Positions 19,914 to 30,258 of a stretch of DNA of 64,000 bases are shown piece after piece (position 1 is the stretch's first letter; each line of letters opens with the position of its first letter). The notes beneath the pieces were generated by a model, which did no database searches, was not told where the DNA came from, and saw only the letters and a program-made list of their open reading frames with translations. The DNA is taken from positions 3,189,721 through 3,253,720 of the forward strand of contig NZ_BNJF01000001.1 in assembly GCF_016587355.1 (NCBI RefSeq). The letters run 5' to 3'. The position numbers and the translations under genes were made by a program. Origin of the DNA: Ktedonospora formicarum (GTDB taxonomy: Bacteria > Chloroflexota > Ktedonobacteria > Ktedonobacterales > Ktedonobacteraceae).

Positions 19914-20257
19914 AGTAACAGCATCCCCTCAATTCCAAAACAGTCAGGCAGTACGGATAGCTATCGTATAACGTTCTCACGTGTGTTTTTGAAAAATGGC
20001 TCCCGGATGATTCTTGCTCCGTACAGACAAGGGTATTATACCATCATACCTACTCTGTGTACGTGAGATAAGCCCTTACGGTAACATTTATGTCATACCA
20101 GGACCAGAACCGCTAGGACCACTCTCTTAACATGTGCCTTTCTCATACCCAAGCCCAACAAGAACTGGGATATGATGTGCTCTATGAACGCTTCGCTTGA
20201 CATTTTTCCTCTGTTGTACTACTGTACAGTCGGTATATCTTTGGCTCTCTTGCTAGA

Positions 20258-22465
20258 TTGATACGTATCGAGAAAAAGGATTCCATGTCGTCCGCTGCAA
20301 CATTTTTCTGTGATCGATGTGGGGCCGCCAATCGGCCAGAAGCTCGCTTTTGTCGTGCCTGTGGGCAGGCGCTTGGTGGAGTTGACACAACGACAAACAC
20401 GATTGTTGGCCTGGGCGCTCGTAGTAGCACTGTGAGCAGTTCAACGCAGGCACCCACTCCCTCCACCAGCTCGGCTAGTAGTGCCAATAGTACGTTTCAG
20501 TTACCTACAAGCAGTACGACCATTACGGGCCTGCTTCAGCCTCAGCATATGCTGAAGCAGCGCTATATCATTCTGGCGAATGTTGGTAAAGGGGGCTTTG
20601 GAGCTGTTTACAAGGCGCTCGATTCGCAATTTGGGAACCGCCTGGTCGCCGTGAAAGAGATGAGCCAGAATAGCCTGGATGAGAATGATCGCCAATCGGC
20701 GGCGGATGCCTTTCAGCATGAGGCTGTCTTGCTGGCTGGTCTGATGCATCCAAACCTGCCGCGCATCTATGAGCAGTTTACCGATCAGGGGCGCTCTTAC
20801 CTGGTGATGGATTTCATCGAAGGAGAGCCGCTGGAGAGCCGCTTGAGCCGCCTCAAAGGCTCAACTCTTCCCATTGATCAGTCTTTGGATATTGCTATCC
20901 AGCTTTGTGACGTTCTGGAATATCTTCATTCGCGTAATCCGCCTATTATCTTCCGCGACCTTAAGCCTGCGAACGTGATGTTGACCCCAAACGGAAATGC
21001 CTTCTTGATCGATTTTGGCATTGCGCGCCACTTCAAACCGGGGAAAGCCAGGGATACTACCGCGCTTGGCTCGTCGGGCTATGCCGCTCCTGAACAGTAT
21101 GGCCGTTCACAGACCACAGAGCGCGCTGATATCTATAGTCTGGGTGCGACCCTTCACCAGTTGCTCACGGGATATGATCCCTCCGAGACGCCGTTCCATT
21201 TCTCGTCCATCCATCTGCCAGAGCATCCTGCCCTTGAAGGACTTGCTGACCTGACGATGCAGATGGTCAGCGTGCCTGTGAATGAGCGCCCCGAATCTGT
21301 TGCGAAAGTGCGTGCCGAGTTACAGCGTATCGCTACACTCTACACTACTGGGGCTGCTCTCACTTCTCCACCCACGATTTCGACGCGCATTCCGCTTATG
21401 TATCGCGCACCTGAGACCTTGCCGCCCTTACCACCTAAAACGCCAGCTATGGCGTCAAGCGCAAACACTACCGGTAAGGCCGCGAAGCGCACCACTCAAT
21501 ACCAGATTGTCAAGCAACCTAATACGGTATACATTTGCAGTGGGCATAGTGGACGTGTAACGGCGGTGGCGTGGTCGCCCGATGGTAGGTGGCTGGCTTC
21601 TGCGAGTTATGATAAGACTGTGATCATTTGGGATGCTGCCTCTGGTGATCGTGTCTGGACATATAAAGGCCACTCGGCTCGCGTCAATACTTTGTGCTGG
21701 TCACCTGATAGCAAGTATATTGCCTCTGCTGGCGATGATACAACTGTGCAGATCTGGGAATCCGCCAACGGCCATCTGACATATACCTATACCGAGCATA
21801 GCGCGCCTGTGAACGCGGTGGCGTGGTCGCCCGATGGTGATTACATTGCTTCGGGCGGTAATGATAAATTGGCGTTGGTTTGGCAGGCACAGGATCATGA
21901 GGAACTCTATCGCTATACCGAGCATAAGGATCATGTCTATGCATTGGCATGGTCGCCTGATGGTAAGTATCTGGCTTCCGCAGGTCGCGATAAACAAGTT
22001 CGCTTCTGGAACCCTTTCGCCGAATTGAAAAAGCCTCATTCGTTCTGGCAGCGTCTGACCTCCATCTTCTCAACGGAACTGGAACCCAGTGTGCTCAAAG
22101 TGCATAATGAGCGTGTCAATGCTCTCGCCTGGCATCCAAAGGAGTATTTGCTGGCTTCGGCCTCTAGCGATTCTTATGCCTGTGTCTGGGATGTGGGTAT
22201 CTCCTATACACAGCATACCAAACTTCTGCGTACTTCTGGCGGCAATAGTGCTAAGAACTCTGTTGTCTGGTCGCCGGATGGCAAACATGTCGCCATCGCG
22301 AGCAATGACAAGACTGTGCAGGTCTGGAATGTTGGTAAGGAGCGTTGCACCTTTACCTACCAGGGGCACCAGGGGTATGTCTCGTCTGTCGCCTGGTCGC
22401 CGGATGGCGCACGCCTTGCTTCCGCAGGTGTGGACCGCTCTGTGCAGGTTTGGCAAATCGTTTGA
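20258..22465 (+). CDS. Ser/Thr protein kinase with an N-terminal C4 zinc ribbon and a C-terminal WD40 beta-propeller.
   Basis: CDRCGAANRPEARFCRACG; kinase motifs VGKGGFGAVYKA, FRDLKPANVML, DFGIA; at least seven WD repeats (AWSPDGRWLASASYDKTVIIWD ...). Confidence 0.9.
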   Translation: MIRIEKKDSMSSAATFFCDRCGAANRPEARFCRACGQALGGVDTTTNTIVGLGARSSTVSSSTQAPTPSTSSASSANSTFQLPTSSTTITGLLQPQHMLKQRYIILANVGKGGFGAVYKALDSQFGNRLVAVKEMSQNSLDENDRQSAADAFQHEAVLLAGLMHPNLPRIYEQFTDQGRSYLVMDFIEGEPLESRLSRLKGSTLPIDQSLDIAIQLCDVLEYLHSRNPPIIFRDLKPANVMLTPNGNAFLIDFGIARHFKPGKARDTTALGSSGYAAPEQYGRSQTTERADIYSLGATLHQLLTGYDPSETPFHFSSIHLPEHPALEGLADLTMQMVSVPVNERPESVAKVRAELQRIATLYTTGAALTSPPTISTRIPLMYRAPETLPPLPPKTPAMASSANTTGKAAKRTTQYQIVKQPNTVYICSGHSGRVTAVAWSPDGRWLASASYDKTVIIWDAASGDRVWTYKGHSARVNTLCWSPDSKYIASAGDDTTVQIWESANGHLTYTYTEHSAPVNAVAWSPDGDYIASGGNDKLALVWQAQDHEELYRYTEHKDHVYALAWSPDGKYLASAGRDKQVRFWNPFAELKKPHSFWQRLTSIFSTELEPSVLKVHNERVNALAWHPKEYLLASASSDSYACVWDVGISYTQHTKLLRTSGGNSAKNSVVWSPDGKHVAIASNDKTVQVWNVGKERCTFTYQGHQGYVSSVAWSPDGARLASAGVDRSVQVWQIV

Positions 22466-22572
22466 TTCAGGTTCGTTTGATCTTCTCTCTCCTTTTGCGT
22501 TGATATGTGTGTATTACCTCTAAATTTGGTATTACATACTAGGATTTTCCTGAGAAGGAGCAGAGTTAGAGT

Positions 22573-24693
22573 ATGTTATTTTGCGATCAGTGTGGAGGAG
22601 CCAACGATAACAAAGCCTCTACATGCCAGTTCTGCCATAAACCCTTATCCCTCTCCCAATATGATTCCGCCGATGCTGAGGACCCTCTATCGTCGCGTCC
22701 AACGCGCAGGCAGGTTATGAAACAAGCGTTTTTGCCTGAAACTACTTCCACAGCTCTCAAGCCTGGTATCCTGTTGCATAAGCGCTATCTTCTGAAAACC
22801 GCTCTGGGTGAGGGCGGCTACGGCTTAATATTTAAGGCTGAGGATACACAACAGCGTGGTAAGCTTACCACGATTAAGGTTATCGACTTCGCTGGTCATT
22901 CCGCCTCCGATACGATTGATGCCACTGCGACCTTTTACAATGAAGCAAAGGCCCTGAGATCGTTAGAGCATCCCGGCATTCCCCACCTGCGCGAACATTT
23001 TAGGGAGGGGCAGCGCTGGTTTCTGGCCCTGGACTATGTCGAGGGGCGTACTTTAGAGGATTACTTTGCGCATCTGAGCCCAGAGGAGTACCAGGCGAAA
23101 TCAGTCACGCGTGCTCTGCTGGAAGTCGTGCAGAGACTCTGTTCCATCTTGTCTTATCTGCATAACCAGACCCCGCCGATTGTGTACCGTGACCTCAAGC
23201 CCGCGAACATTATAGTCGGTCCGCGCCAGAAAGTCTCATTGATTGATTTTGGCATCGCGCGCTCCTATCGCAAGGGGCAGGCCAAAGATACGATCCCCTT
23301 TGGCTCACCGGGTTATGCCGCGCCTGAGCAATATGGTCGGGCACAGACTACGCCACGCTCTGACATCTATAGCCTGGGGGCGCTCTTGCACCAGATGCTT
23401 ACAGGTCAGGATCCCGCTACGCACCCGTTTCACTTTCCCCCTATTCCCGTAGGTAGCGCACCCTTGGCTCTCAGAGATATTGTCGCGCGTATGCTCTCGC
23501 TTGATCCCGAGATGCGCCCCCCAGATGCGCAAAAGGTAAATGATGTGATTGGGCTGGCACTTGGCGCGTATCCCATAGCGAAAGCCGCGATTTATAGGTC
23601 ATACTCTTCGTTCGTCGATCAGCAACAAGTAGATAGGCGTAATGCGCTTGGGCTTGGCATCTTGAGCGTGGCGGTTATCTCTGGTCTGGGTGCGATATTC
23701 ATCAGCGCGGTTAATGATTTGGGTAAATATAAAGGTTCGACTGCGTTAACCCCAACGGTTGATGTCGTAACCCCAATTGTCTCGAATGAGCTTCAGCAAG
23801 AGGGCACCTATGGTTTCGATGCTCCGATAATTGCCATTGCGAATCGTACCCACTACCAGGAGAACATAGTCGCGACAGAGGATCATGCCGTGCATATCGT
23901 GTCCTTTGAAGAGGAGTTAGAGGTATATAAGGGCCATGTAGGGCCGGTCAAATATCTCGCAACTTTGCCTGCTTCTCCGTTCGTCGCATCATGCCAGGAG
24001 CGGGATCGTCAGGTGCACATCTGGACCAAGGCAGATGGTCATCTTTTAGAACGCATCAAAGTTCCTTCTCCTGTGACCTCGCTGGCTGTGGGCGATAATC
24101 TTGTTCTGGTGGCTTGTGAGGACCGATCGATCTATACCTATGATTGCTCGCATCTTTTCGCTGGTGCTCGTGCGTCTGGTTCGTATCTGAGGCTGTACTG
24201 TCATGCATCCGCGCTTGTGCGCGATCTCTATTGGTACACTGAGACTTCCCTTCTGGTAAGCGTGGACGAGAGGGGGGATATGCGCGTGTGGAGAGATGGG
24301 CGCTCGGTTTTTCAGTTTAGCCATAAGGGTCGGATTAATGAACTAAGTGGGCGCAATAATTATGTGGCCTCGGCTGGCGATGATGGGATTGTGCGGATTA
24401 GTGATGTCTTAAGCAATAAAATTATCGCGCGCTACATCGGGCATAGAGGAAGTGGAATACTCCATGTTTCCTGGCTGAGCGATACTGTACTGGCTTCCCT
24501 GGATAGTCAGGGTAGGGTCCATATCTGGGTGATAGATCCCTCAAGCTCCATTACTGAATACGATACGCCCGTGCTCACAACCATGGCTGTATCCCGGTAC
24601 CGTTTGAATTCCTGGATGGTGGGCGATAAGACATACCTAACCCTGGCTGGCAACGAGCGCACTATAGTGAAGTATCAGGTCATCCTTGTCTGA
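22573..24693 (+). CDS. Ser/Thr protein kinase with an N-terminal C4 zinc ribbon, a TM and a C-terminal degenerate beta-propeller domain.
   Basis: CDQCGGANDNKASTCQFCHK; kinase motifs LGEGGYGLIFKA, YRDLKPANIIV, DFGIA; TM LGLGILSVAVISGLGAIFISAV. A GAGAAGGAG Shine-Dalgarno lies 107 bp after the upstream kinase gene. Confidence 0.85.
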   Translation: MLFCDQCGGANDNKASTCQFCHKPLSLSQYDSADAEDPLSSRPTRRQVMKQAFLPETTSTALKPGILLHKRYLLKTALGEGGYGLIFKAEDTQQRGKLTTIKVIDFAGHSASDTIDATATFYNEAKALRSLEHPGIPHLREHFREGQRWFLALDYVEGRTLEDYFAHLSPEEYQAKSVTRALLEVVQRLCSILSYLHNQTPPIVYRDLKPANIIVGPRQKVSLIDFGIARSYRKGQAKDTIPFGSPGYAAPEQYGRAQTTPRSDIYSLGALLHQMLTGQDPATHPFHFPPIPVGSAPLALRDIVARMLSLDPEMRPPDAQKVNDVIGLALGAYPIAKAAIYRSYSSFVDQQQVDRRNALGLGILSVAVISGLGAIFISAVNDLGKYKGSTALTPTVDVVTPIVSNELQQEGTYGFDAPIIAIANRTHYQENIVATEDHAVHIVSFEEELEVYKGHVGPVKYLATLPASPFVASCQERDRQVHIWTKADGHLLERIKVPSPVTSLAVGDNLVLVACEDRSIYTYDCSHLFAGARASGSYLRLYCHASALVRDLYWYTETSLLVSVDERGDMRVWRDGRSVFQFSHKGRINELSGRNNYVASAGDDGIVRISDVLSNKIIARYIGHRGSGILHVSWLSDTVLASLDSQGRVHIWVIDPSSSITEYDTPVLTTMAVSRYRLNSWMVGDKTYLTLAGNERTIVKYQVILV

Positions 24694-24716
24694 CACTTCA
24701 CTATATAGATGTCTGG

Positions 24717-26381
24717 TTATGCAGGCTGCTCTGCCTGAGCTGAAACTCCATCAGGTGTGAGCAGGCTCTTGACCTTCTCTTTACCTAGTGAGAGCATCAG
24801 CGTTGGGATGCGTGGTCCCGTATCCGAGGCACAGATGAGCGTATAGATCGCTACAAAGAAGGCGCGCTGGGCTTGTTTGAGCTCTGGTGTAGCAGGAGCG
24901 TCAGCAGGGAGACCACGAACCTGTTTGGGAATGCGGTACATGAGGTCTGTTAAGGCGTCAAGGCTCCAGGCGTTCTCAAACTCCTCTACCAGCAGATGCA
25001 AGGCGGCCTGCTCGCTCTCCGGCAACTGGGTATATGCTTCAGCGTCAAAGGAGGTACGAATTGTGGTGCGCTCATCCTCTGGTAGATAGTTGTTGACCCA
25101 GTTAAGAGCGCAGGTCAGGCGTGGCTCTAGCTGGGTTGGCTCGATCTGGCGCTCTTCCTTGAGGGTCTGGGTGGCGATACGCAACACCTGCTCTACGTTG
25201 CCCTGTGTGACATCCATCGTCGAGGTCAGTAGCGAGAAGGGGACATTGCGTTCCGCGCGCTTAATCGATCCTGCGGAGCCTTGAGTCGCGCGCTTATACG
25301 CGAGTTGATTGGCCTCATTTGCCTTGCCGCTTGCTATCTGACGTGAGAGTGAATCCCATTCGTCATACAGACGTAATAGTCCCTGTCCATAGTCGATCAT
25401 AAAGGGCTGATTGTTGGCGCGGCGGATATAGAGCCAGCGCAGGATGGCCGGTTCCAGAATGGCGAGTGCGGAAGCCAGAGAGGCATTTGTGCCAGCCGAA
25501 CTGGAGATCTTGACGCGTCCCTCCATGCCTACAAAGGCGTAAGATGCGTACTGTGGTGTCGGCGAGTGAAAGATCTCCTGCACGATGCGTTGCCCAACAG
25601 TAAAGCTGCTGCCGGGCGTCGAGTGATCTGCGCCTGCTGGCTCAAAGTCAACTTCCGCGAAACTCCAGCGCATCGGCCAGTCTACCTTCCAGACCAGTTT
25701 GCCTGAGATCTTCTCATCCAGACTGAACGAGCCATGATGCTGGCAATTCTGGCAGGTATATTCGATACGTGCCGTCGCTTCGTCATAGTGTTGAACTTGA
25801 GTCGTATCTTTGCCACAGGATTCACAATAGACCCGATAGGGGTAGTAAGCAGCGCGGCGCTCGTTAATACTCTCTTGCTGCCCCTGGTGTGTTTGATACT
25901 CAGATAGGATATCAAAGAGTTCGCCTCGATGTGCCATCGCGAACTTGACCTTTTCGGTATAGCGTCCCTCACGATAGGCCAGAGACTGGCGTACATGTGT
26001 CATAGGGACTCCCAGATGGGCCAGTCCTTCGCTGAATTCCGTAATATAGCGCTCAGCGTATGACGCGTATTCCCCAAAGGGATCGGGAACGTCACACAGG
26101 GGTTGCCCGATATATTGTTCAAAGGATGTTTGAATGCCAGCGGGAATCTTGCGCAGGCGATCATAATCATCCCAGAATTGGATATGCTCAACTTGCCAGC
26201 CGCGAGCGCGCAGCTCTTCAGCGACGATGTGAACGGTCATAATTTCGCGCAGGTTACCCAGGTGGACTGTCCCTGAGGGACTGAGCCCAGAGGCGCAGAT
26301 AATCGTGGCGTGCTCGCCCTTCACCTGTCGCACATGCTGTTCTACACGGTCGCTGATCCTCGCGACCCAATCAGACTTCAT
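24717..26381 (-). CDS. lysK: Class I lysyl-tRNA synthetase.
   Basis: Class-I signature SGLSPSGTVHLGNLRE (HIGN-type) and KISSSAGT (KMSKS-type), with the Zn-binding CESCGK...CQNCQHHG. The start is at the internal ATG (MKSDWVARI), not the track's upstream start. Confidence 0.85.
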   Translation of the reverse strand: MKSDWVARISDRVEQHVRQVKGEHATIICASGLSPSGTVHLGNLREIMTVHIVAEELRARGWQVEHIQFWDDYDRLRKIPAGIQTSFEQYIGQPLCDVPDPFGEYASYAERYITEFSEGLAHLGVPMTHVRQSLAYREGRYTEKVKFAMAHRGELFDILSEYQTHQGQQESINERRAAYYPYRVYCESCGKDTTQVQHYDEATARIEYTCQNCQHHGSFSLDEKISGKLVWKVDWPMRWSFAEVDFEPAGADHSTPGSSFTVGQRIVQEIFHSPTPQYASYAFVGMEGRVKISSSAGTNASLASALAILEPAILRWLYIRRANNQPFMIDYGQGLLRLYDEWDSLSRQIASGKANEANQLAYKRATQGSAGSIKRAERNVPFSLLTSTMDVTQGNVEQVLRIATQTLKEERQIEPTQLEPRLTCALNWVNNYLPEDERTTIRTSFDAEAYTQLPESEQAALHLLVEEFENAWSLDALTDLMYRIPKQVRGLPADAPATPELKQAQRAFFVAIYTLICASDTGPRIPTLMLSLGKEKVKSLLTPDGVSAQAEQPA

Positions 26382-26398
26382 GAAACAAAGCTCCTTCT

Positions 26399-26445
26399 GC
26401 TTATTTGAAAACCTGAGCGTGGTAGTTGTTCCTACAAAAATACCG
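26399..26445. repeat. Dispersed palindromic repeat family, degenerate copy in the lysK 5' region.
   Basis: ttatttgaaaacctgagcgtgg... shares the left terminus and ctgagcg core. Confidence 0.45.
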
Positions 26446-26482
26446 GCATCACTGTCGTGACCGGTACAGACCCTCATTAGCG

Positions 26483-26540
26483 GGCTGACTCGCTCAGCTT
26501 TATGTAAACCAGGTCTGCCGTTCAGGCTTTCGAATAAAGA
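26483..26540. repeat. Dispersed palindromic repeat family, degenerate copy.
   Basis: gctgactcgctcag...ggtctgccgttcaggctttcgaataaag. Confidence 0.4.
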
Positions 26541-26826
26541 TCCTTATTAGTTTCCACAGGCATAGACCCGTATAAGAACATAATGAAGTGAATAGAGATA
26601 ACTCTTGAATAGTATATTGGATATTGGCAAGAGGAGGAGTAGAAGAGACGAGGACGCGTGCCATCATTGCTGTCCATGGTAGCACACGTCCCGGTCGTTC
26701 AGAAATTTGCCCTTTTAGCATATCGAAAAAAAACAATTCTGGCAAGTCTCTCATATGAGTCTTGTCTTGATATACTACTAATAAGGCAATCTCTCGCTTG
26801 GCCTGAGGACCTGGATGAGCCACAAA

Positions 26827-28014
26827 TTAGTGGAGCTGATCGAGGAGCGCGCGCCCAATCACAATACGCTGAATCTGATTGGTGCCTTCAAAAATCTGCG
26901 CCACCTTTACATCGCGCATATAGCGCTCAACGGGATAATCTCGTACATAGCCTGCGCCACCAAGAACCTGGATCGCATTGGTTGTGACCTCCATTGCGGT
27001 ATCAGTAGCGAAGCACTTTGCCATGGCGCTATACATCGAGGTCTGCCGTGATGGCTGTTGTGACTGATCCAACTTATACGCGGCTTCATAAACAAGCAGG
27101 CGCGCAGCCTCGATCTTCATCGCCATATCAGCGAGCATAAACTCGATAGCCTGGAAGGTTCCGATGGGTCTCCCGAACTGCTGACGCTCCTGAGCGTACT
27201 GGCGTGCTGTCTCGAAGGCCGCTTGTGCCACGCCAACAGCGATAGCACCGATATTGATACGACCACCATCGAGCGAAGAGAGCGCGATCTTGAAGCCAGT
27301 TCCCTCGTCCCCCAGGCGGTGTGTAGCCGGGATGATGCAATTCTCAAAGATCAATTCGCGCGTAGGCGAGGAGTGTAGTCCCATCTTACGCTCAGTCTTG
27401 CCAAAGAGGAAGCCAGGAGTGCCCTTCTCTATAACAAAGCAGCTAATGCCCGAAGATTCACTGCCAGTTGTTGTGCGTGCCATAAGCAGATAGATATCGG
27501 CCTCACCGGCGTTAGTGACCCATAGTTTATTGCCGTTGAGTGTATAACTATCTCCCGCGCGTTCGGCCCGACATTGTAAACTGGCGGCGTCCGAACCTGC
27601 GGAGGCTTCGCTTAGTGAGAAAGCGCCGAGTAGCTCGCCCGAGGCAAGTTTGTCTACCCAGCGTGCTCGTTGTTCTTCATTGCCAAAGCGCGCGATTGAT
27701 CCAGTTACCATATTATGAACAGAGAGCCCTACGGCAGTAGCCATGTCTCCCTGGGCCAGTTCTTCATAAGCCAGGGCGGCGGTCAGGCGTGGTAGCAGAT
27801 TGCCCCCCAGTTCTTCAGGTGTGGTCATGCCCATCAGACCCAATCCGGCCATTTGAGTAAAGGTTTTGCGTGGAAAGTGGTTATTTTCATCCCACATTTC
27901 GGCATGGGGCGTGATTTCTTGTTGTGTGAAGCGGCGAACCATGTCGCGAATGTCTGATTGCTCTTCATTGAGGTCAAATTTCACGGCACTCTCCTTTGTG
28001 CTGCCTTGTCGCAT
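26827..28014 (-). CDS. Acyl-CoA dehydrogenase.
   Basis: FDLNEEQSDIRDMVRRF..., ...YEGTNQIQRIVIGRAL..., and a C-terminal 4-helix domain. The start is probably the ATG at 28014 (MRQGST...); the track's GTG at 28104 adds 30 aa. Confidence 0.8.
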   Translation of the reverse strand: MRQGSTKESAVKFDLNEEQSDIRDMVRRFTQQEITPHAEMWDENNHFPRKTFTQMAGLGLMGMTTPEELGGNLLPRLTAALAYEELAQGDMATAVGLSVHNMVTGSIARFGNEEQRARWVDKLASGELLGAFSLSEASAGSDAASLQCRAERAGDSYTLNGNKLWVTNAGEADIYLLMARTTTGSESSGISCFVIEKGTPGFLFGKTERKMGLHSSPTRELIFENCIIPATHRLGDEGTGFKIALSSLDGGRINIGAIAVGVAQAAFETARQYAQERQQFGRPIGTFQAIEFMLADMAMKIEAARLLVYEAAYKLDQSQQPSRQTSMYSAMAKCFATDTAMEVTTNAIQVLGGAGYVRDYPVERYMRDVKVAQIFEGTNQIQRIVIGRALLDQLH

Positions 28015-28288
28015 CGAACTGTGGATGCGCGTGAGTGTGTCCCTGCTCTTATCATACCATGTCGTTTCATGTGCCTGAGTGAATAGAAGACCCAGGCGTA
28101 ACACTTTGCCATATTTATCGATTTATCTAGTGAGATATCACCTTTCGCTTCTGTGTTTACCCTGGAAAGAGAAACGCGACAGTTTCGCGACAGTTTTATG
28201 ATGGCGCTGTGACACGGCTCAAGTAGTATTAGCAGCAGAGAAATGGAAACGGGCTACAAAGCCAGGGGATAAAGGAAAGGGTACTGCT

Positions 28289-28465
28289 ATGATGTTCGAT
28301 GTGACAGATACACTACTAGAGTCATTTTACGCGTACACAAATTGGGCTATCGAGGATGATTCCTGTGACGTTGAGTTGGTACAAGAGCCTGAGATGATGA
28401 ACCAGGAGTGGACGGAAGAAGATGAAGAGATCGCGAGGCACACGACCGTCTTGCTTGCTTCATAA
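28289..28465 (+). CDS. Hypothetical small acidic protein (58 aa).
   Basis: It lies below the ORF-track length cutoff. The ATGATG start is preceded by AAAGGAAAGGG and the reading frame is open to a TAA. The sequence is MMFDVTDTLLESFYAYTNWAIEDDSCDVELVQEPEMMNQEWTEEDEEIARHTTVLLAS. Confidence 0.25.
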   Translation: MMFDVTDTLLESFYAYTNWAIEDDSCDVELVQEPEMMNQEWTEEDEEIARHTTVLLAS

Positions 28466-28525
28466 TTTGCGCCAGCTCTACAAGTAGAAAGAGTTAAACT
28501 GCCTATGGTTCGCAGGAGTTATAGA

Positions 28526-28562
28526 GCAAGGGCTGCTTTGCCGATAGAAAAGCAGCCCTTGC
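28526..28562. terminator. Probable bidirectional terminator hairpin.
   Basis: 14-bp perfect stem gcaagggctgcttt / aaagcagcccttgc with an 8-nt loop, 45 bp beyond the stop of the minus-strand gene at 28608. Confidence 0.4.
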
Positions 28563-28607
28563 TATGCACTATGGAGCACATATGGCATGTTGCGGTAGCT
28601 AGAAGCG

Positions 28608-30146
28608 CTAGTCCGAGCTCTTTGCTTGCTTGACCTGCTGCTTGGCGTGCCTCCAAAGGGCAATCCACTCCTCAATATCATATGACGTTAGCTCACGTTG
28701 CTCCTGGCGCGCGAAAGCCTCCATGGCCTGGAAGCGCTGGCGAAATTTGCGGTTCGACGCGCGCAAAGCCTCTTCCGCATCGATCTTGTACCAGCGCGCG
28801 AGCTTGGCGGCAAGAAAGAGAATGTCGCCTAGTTCTTCGTGCTGTTCCTCCTGTGTATTGGCCTGTCGAAGCTCCTGTAGTTCCTCATCAAGCTTGGCGA
28901 TGACCTGCTCCAAATTTTCGAATTCAAACCCTGTCTTCGCTGCTCGCTTCTGATATTCTTGAGCCACCATCAGCGCGGGCGTTGCCTGAGGAATGTCCTT
29001 GAAGATCGTTTCCTGTTTCTCATTTAAAGTGCCTGCTTGCAGGCGTTCCTGGCGCTTAATTTCTTCCCAGTTCTGCGCGACCTGCCCGGCATTGTGGGCC
29101 TCAGTATCGCCAAAGACATGTGGATGGCGGCGCAGCATCTTGGCATTAATATTCTCATAGACATCGCCAATGGAGAAGCTACCTTCCTGGCGTGCGATCT
29201 CAGCGTGGAGGTAAACTTGAAGCAGAAGATCACCAAGCTCATCAGCGAGCTTTTGCATGTCATTTTCTTCTATAGCCTCAACAACCTCGTAGGTCTCCTC
29301 AATCACATAGCGTATAAGCGTTTGATGCGTCTGCTGACGGTCCCAGGGGCAACCATCGGGCTCGCGACGTAAACGCTTGGTAATATATCGTAGCGTATCG
29401 GGTAGGCGCAGTGGTGTCAGTTGATCTAGCGGGGGCACGTAGAGCGTGCTCAGATGGTTCGCATAGTTGTTGTGATCCAGAGCGTAGAGCGGCATTTCGA
29501 GTGCCTCTTCCTCAGAGGCGACTCCGGCGGCGCGTACCAGCCTGACTGGCCATTCATCAGGGTAGCATTCGCTCAGTGTGAGCTTGACCTGGCTCGCTAG
29601 ACGACGATTATATACCTGAGTAACCATAAGGGGTGCGGTGGGGATAAGCGTACCAGCGATCTCATCGCTTTCCAGCCCGGCCAGGATTGTCGCGTCAACG
29701 ATCTGGAGGCCCGTATCAAATGGGTCGAGCCCGAGCAAGCTACAAACTGGCTCCATGAACGAGAGCCCCGCGACGACTGAAGTTGTCAGCCCTTGCGCGC
29801 GAGCTGTCTCCAGCACGATCCGCACTGATATCTCGCCCATCAAGGGATGACCGGGTACGGCATAAATGATAGGTGTTTGCGCTCCTAGCGCACAGACCTC
29901 ATCTGCGATACGCTGATAGAGCGACTGCCAGTTTGAGGACTCGTCATAAAAGCTATCAAAGGAGTTGATACGAAGTGTAGGTAACTCCTGGCGCAACTGG
30001 TCTACAGTTGGATGAACCACGGTGCGAAAGTAGACGACTTGCCCTTCCTGTGCCGCGGCAGCCAGCAAGGCATGGGCCTGTACCGTGAGATCCTGTGTGC
30101 TACCGGGTCCTAGTCCAAGGATCGTAATGGATGGTGTTGTCTTCAT
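28608..30146 (-). CDS. Fused tetrapyrrole (corrin/porphyrin) methylase-like domain and MazG nucleoside-triphosphate pyrophosphohydrolase (YabN-like).
   Basis: The N-terminal TP-methylase fold (ITILGLGPGS...VPGHPLMGE) is followed by MazG motifs (RLRREPDGCPWDRQQTHQTL..EETYEVVEAIE, second EE..E...GDLLF). Confidence 0.85.
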   Translation of the reverse strand: MKTTPSITILGLGPGSTQDLTVQAHALLAAAAQEGQVVYFRTVVHPTVDQLRQELPTLRINSFDSFYDESSNWQSLYQRIADEVCALGAQTPIIYAVPGHPLMGEISVRIVLETARAQGLTTSVVAGLSFMEPVCSLLGLDPFDTGLQIVDATILAGLESDEIAGTLIPTAPLMVTQVYNRRLASQVKLTLSECYPDEWPVRLVRAAGVASEEEALEMPLYALDHNNYANHLSTLYVPPLDQLTPLRLPDTLRYITKRLRREPDGCPWDRQQTHQTLIRYVIEETYEVVEAIEENDMQKLADELGDLLLQVYLHAEIARQEGSFSIGDVYENINAKMLRRHPHVFGDTEAHNAGQVAQNWEEIKRQERLQAGTLNEKQETIFKDIPQATPALMVAQEYQKRAAKTGFEFENLEQVIAKLDEELQELRQANTQEEQHEELGDILFLAAKLARWYKIDAEEALRASNRKFRQRFQAMEAFARQEQRELTSYDIEEWIALWRHAKQQVKQAKSSD

Positions 30147-30258
30147 AGAATATTTCTATCGAATAGTAAAACTGAATATGCTGCAACGTAAATACCAGCA
30201 CTAGTGTAGCTGGTGGATTGGGGCGTGTCAAACCTGATATCTCTAAATTATTATGAGT

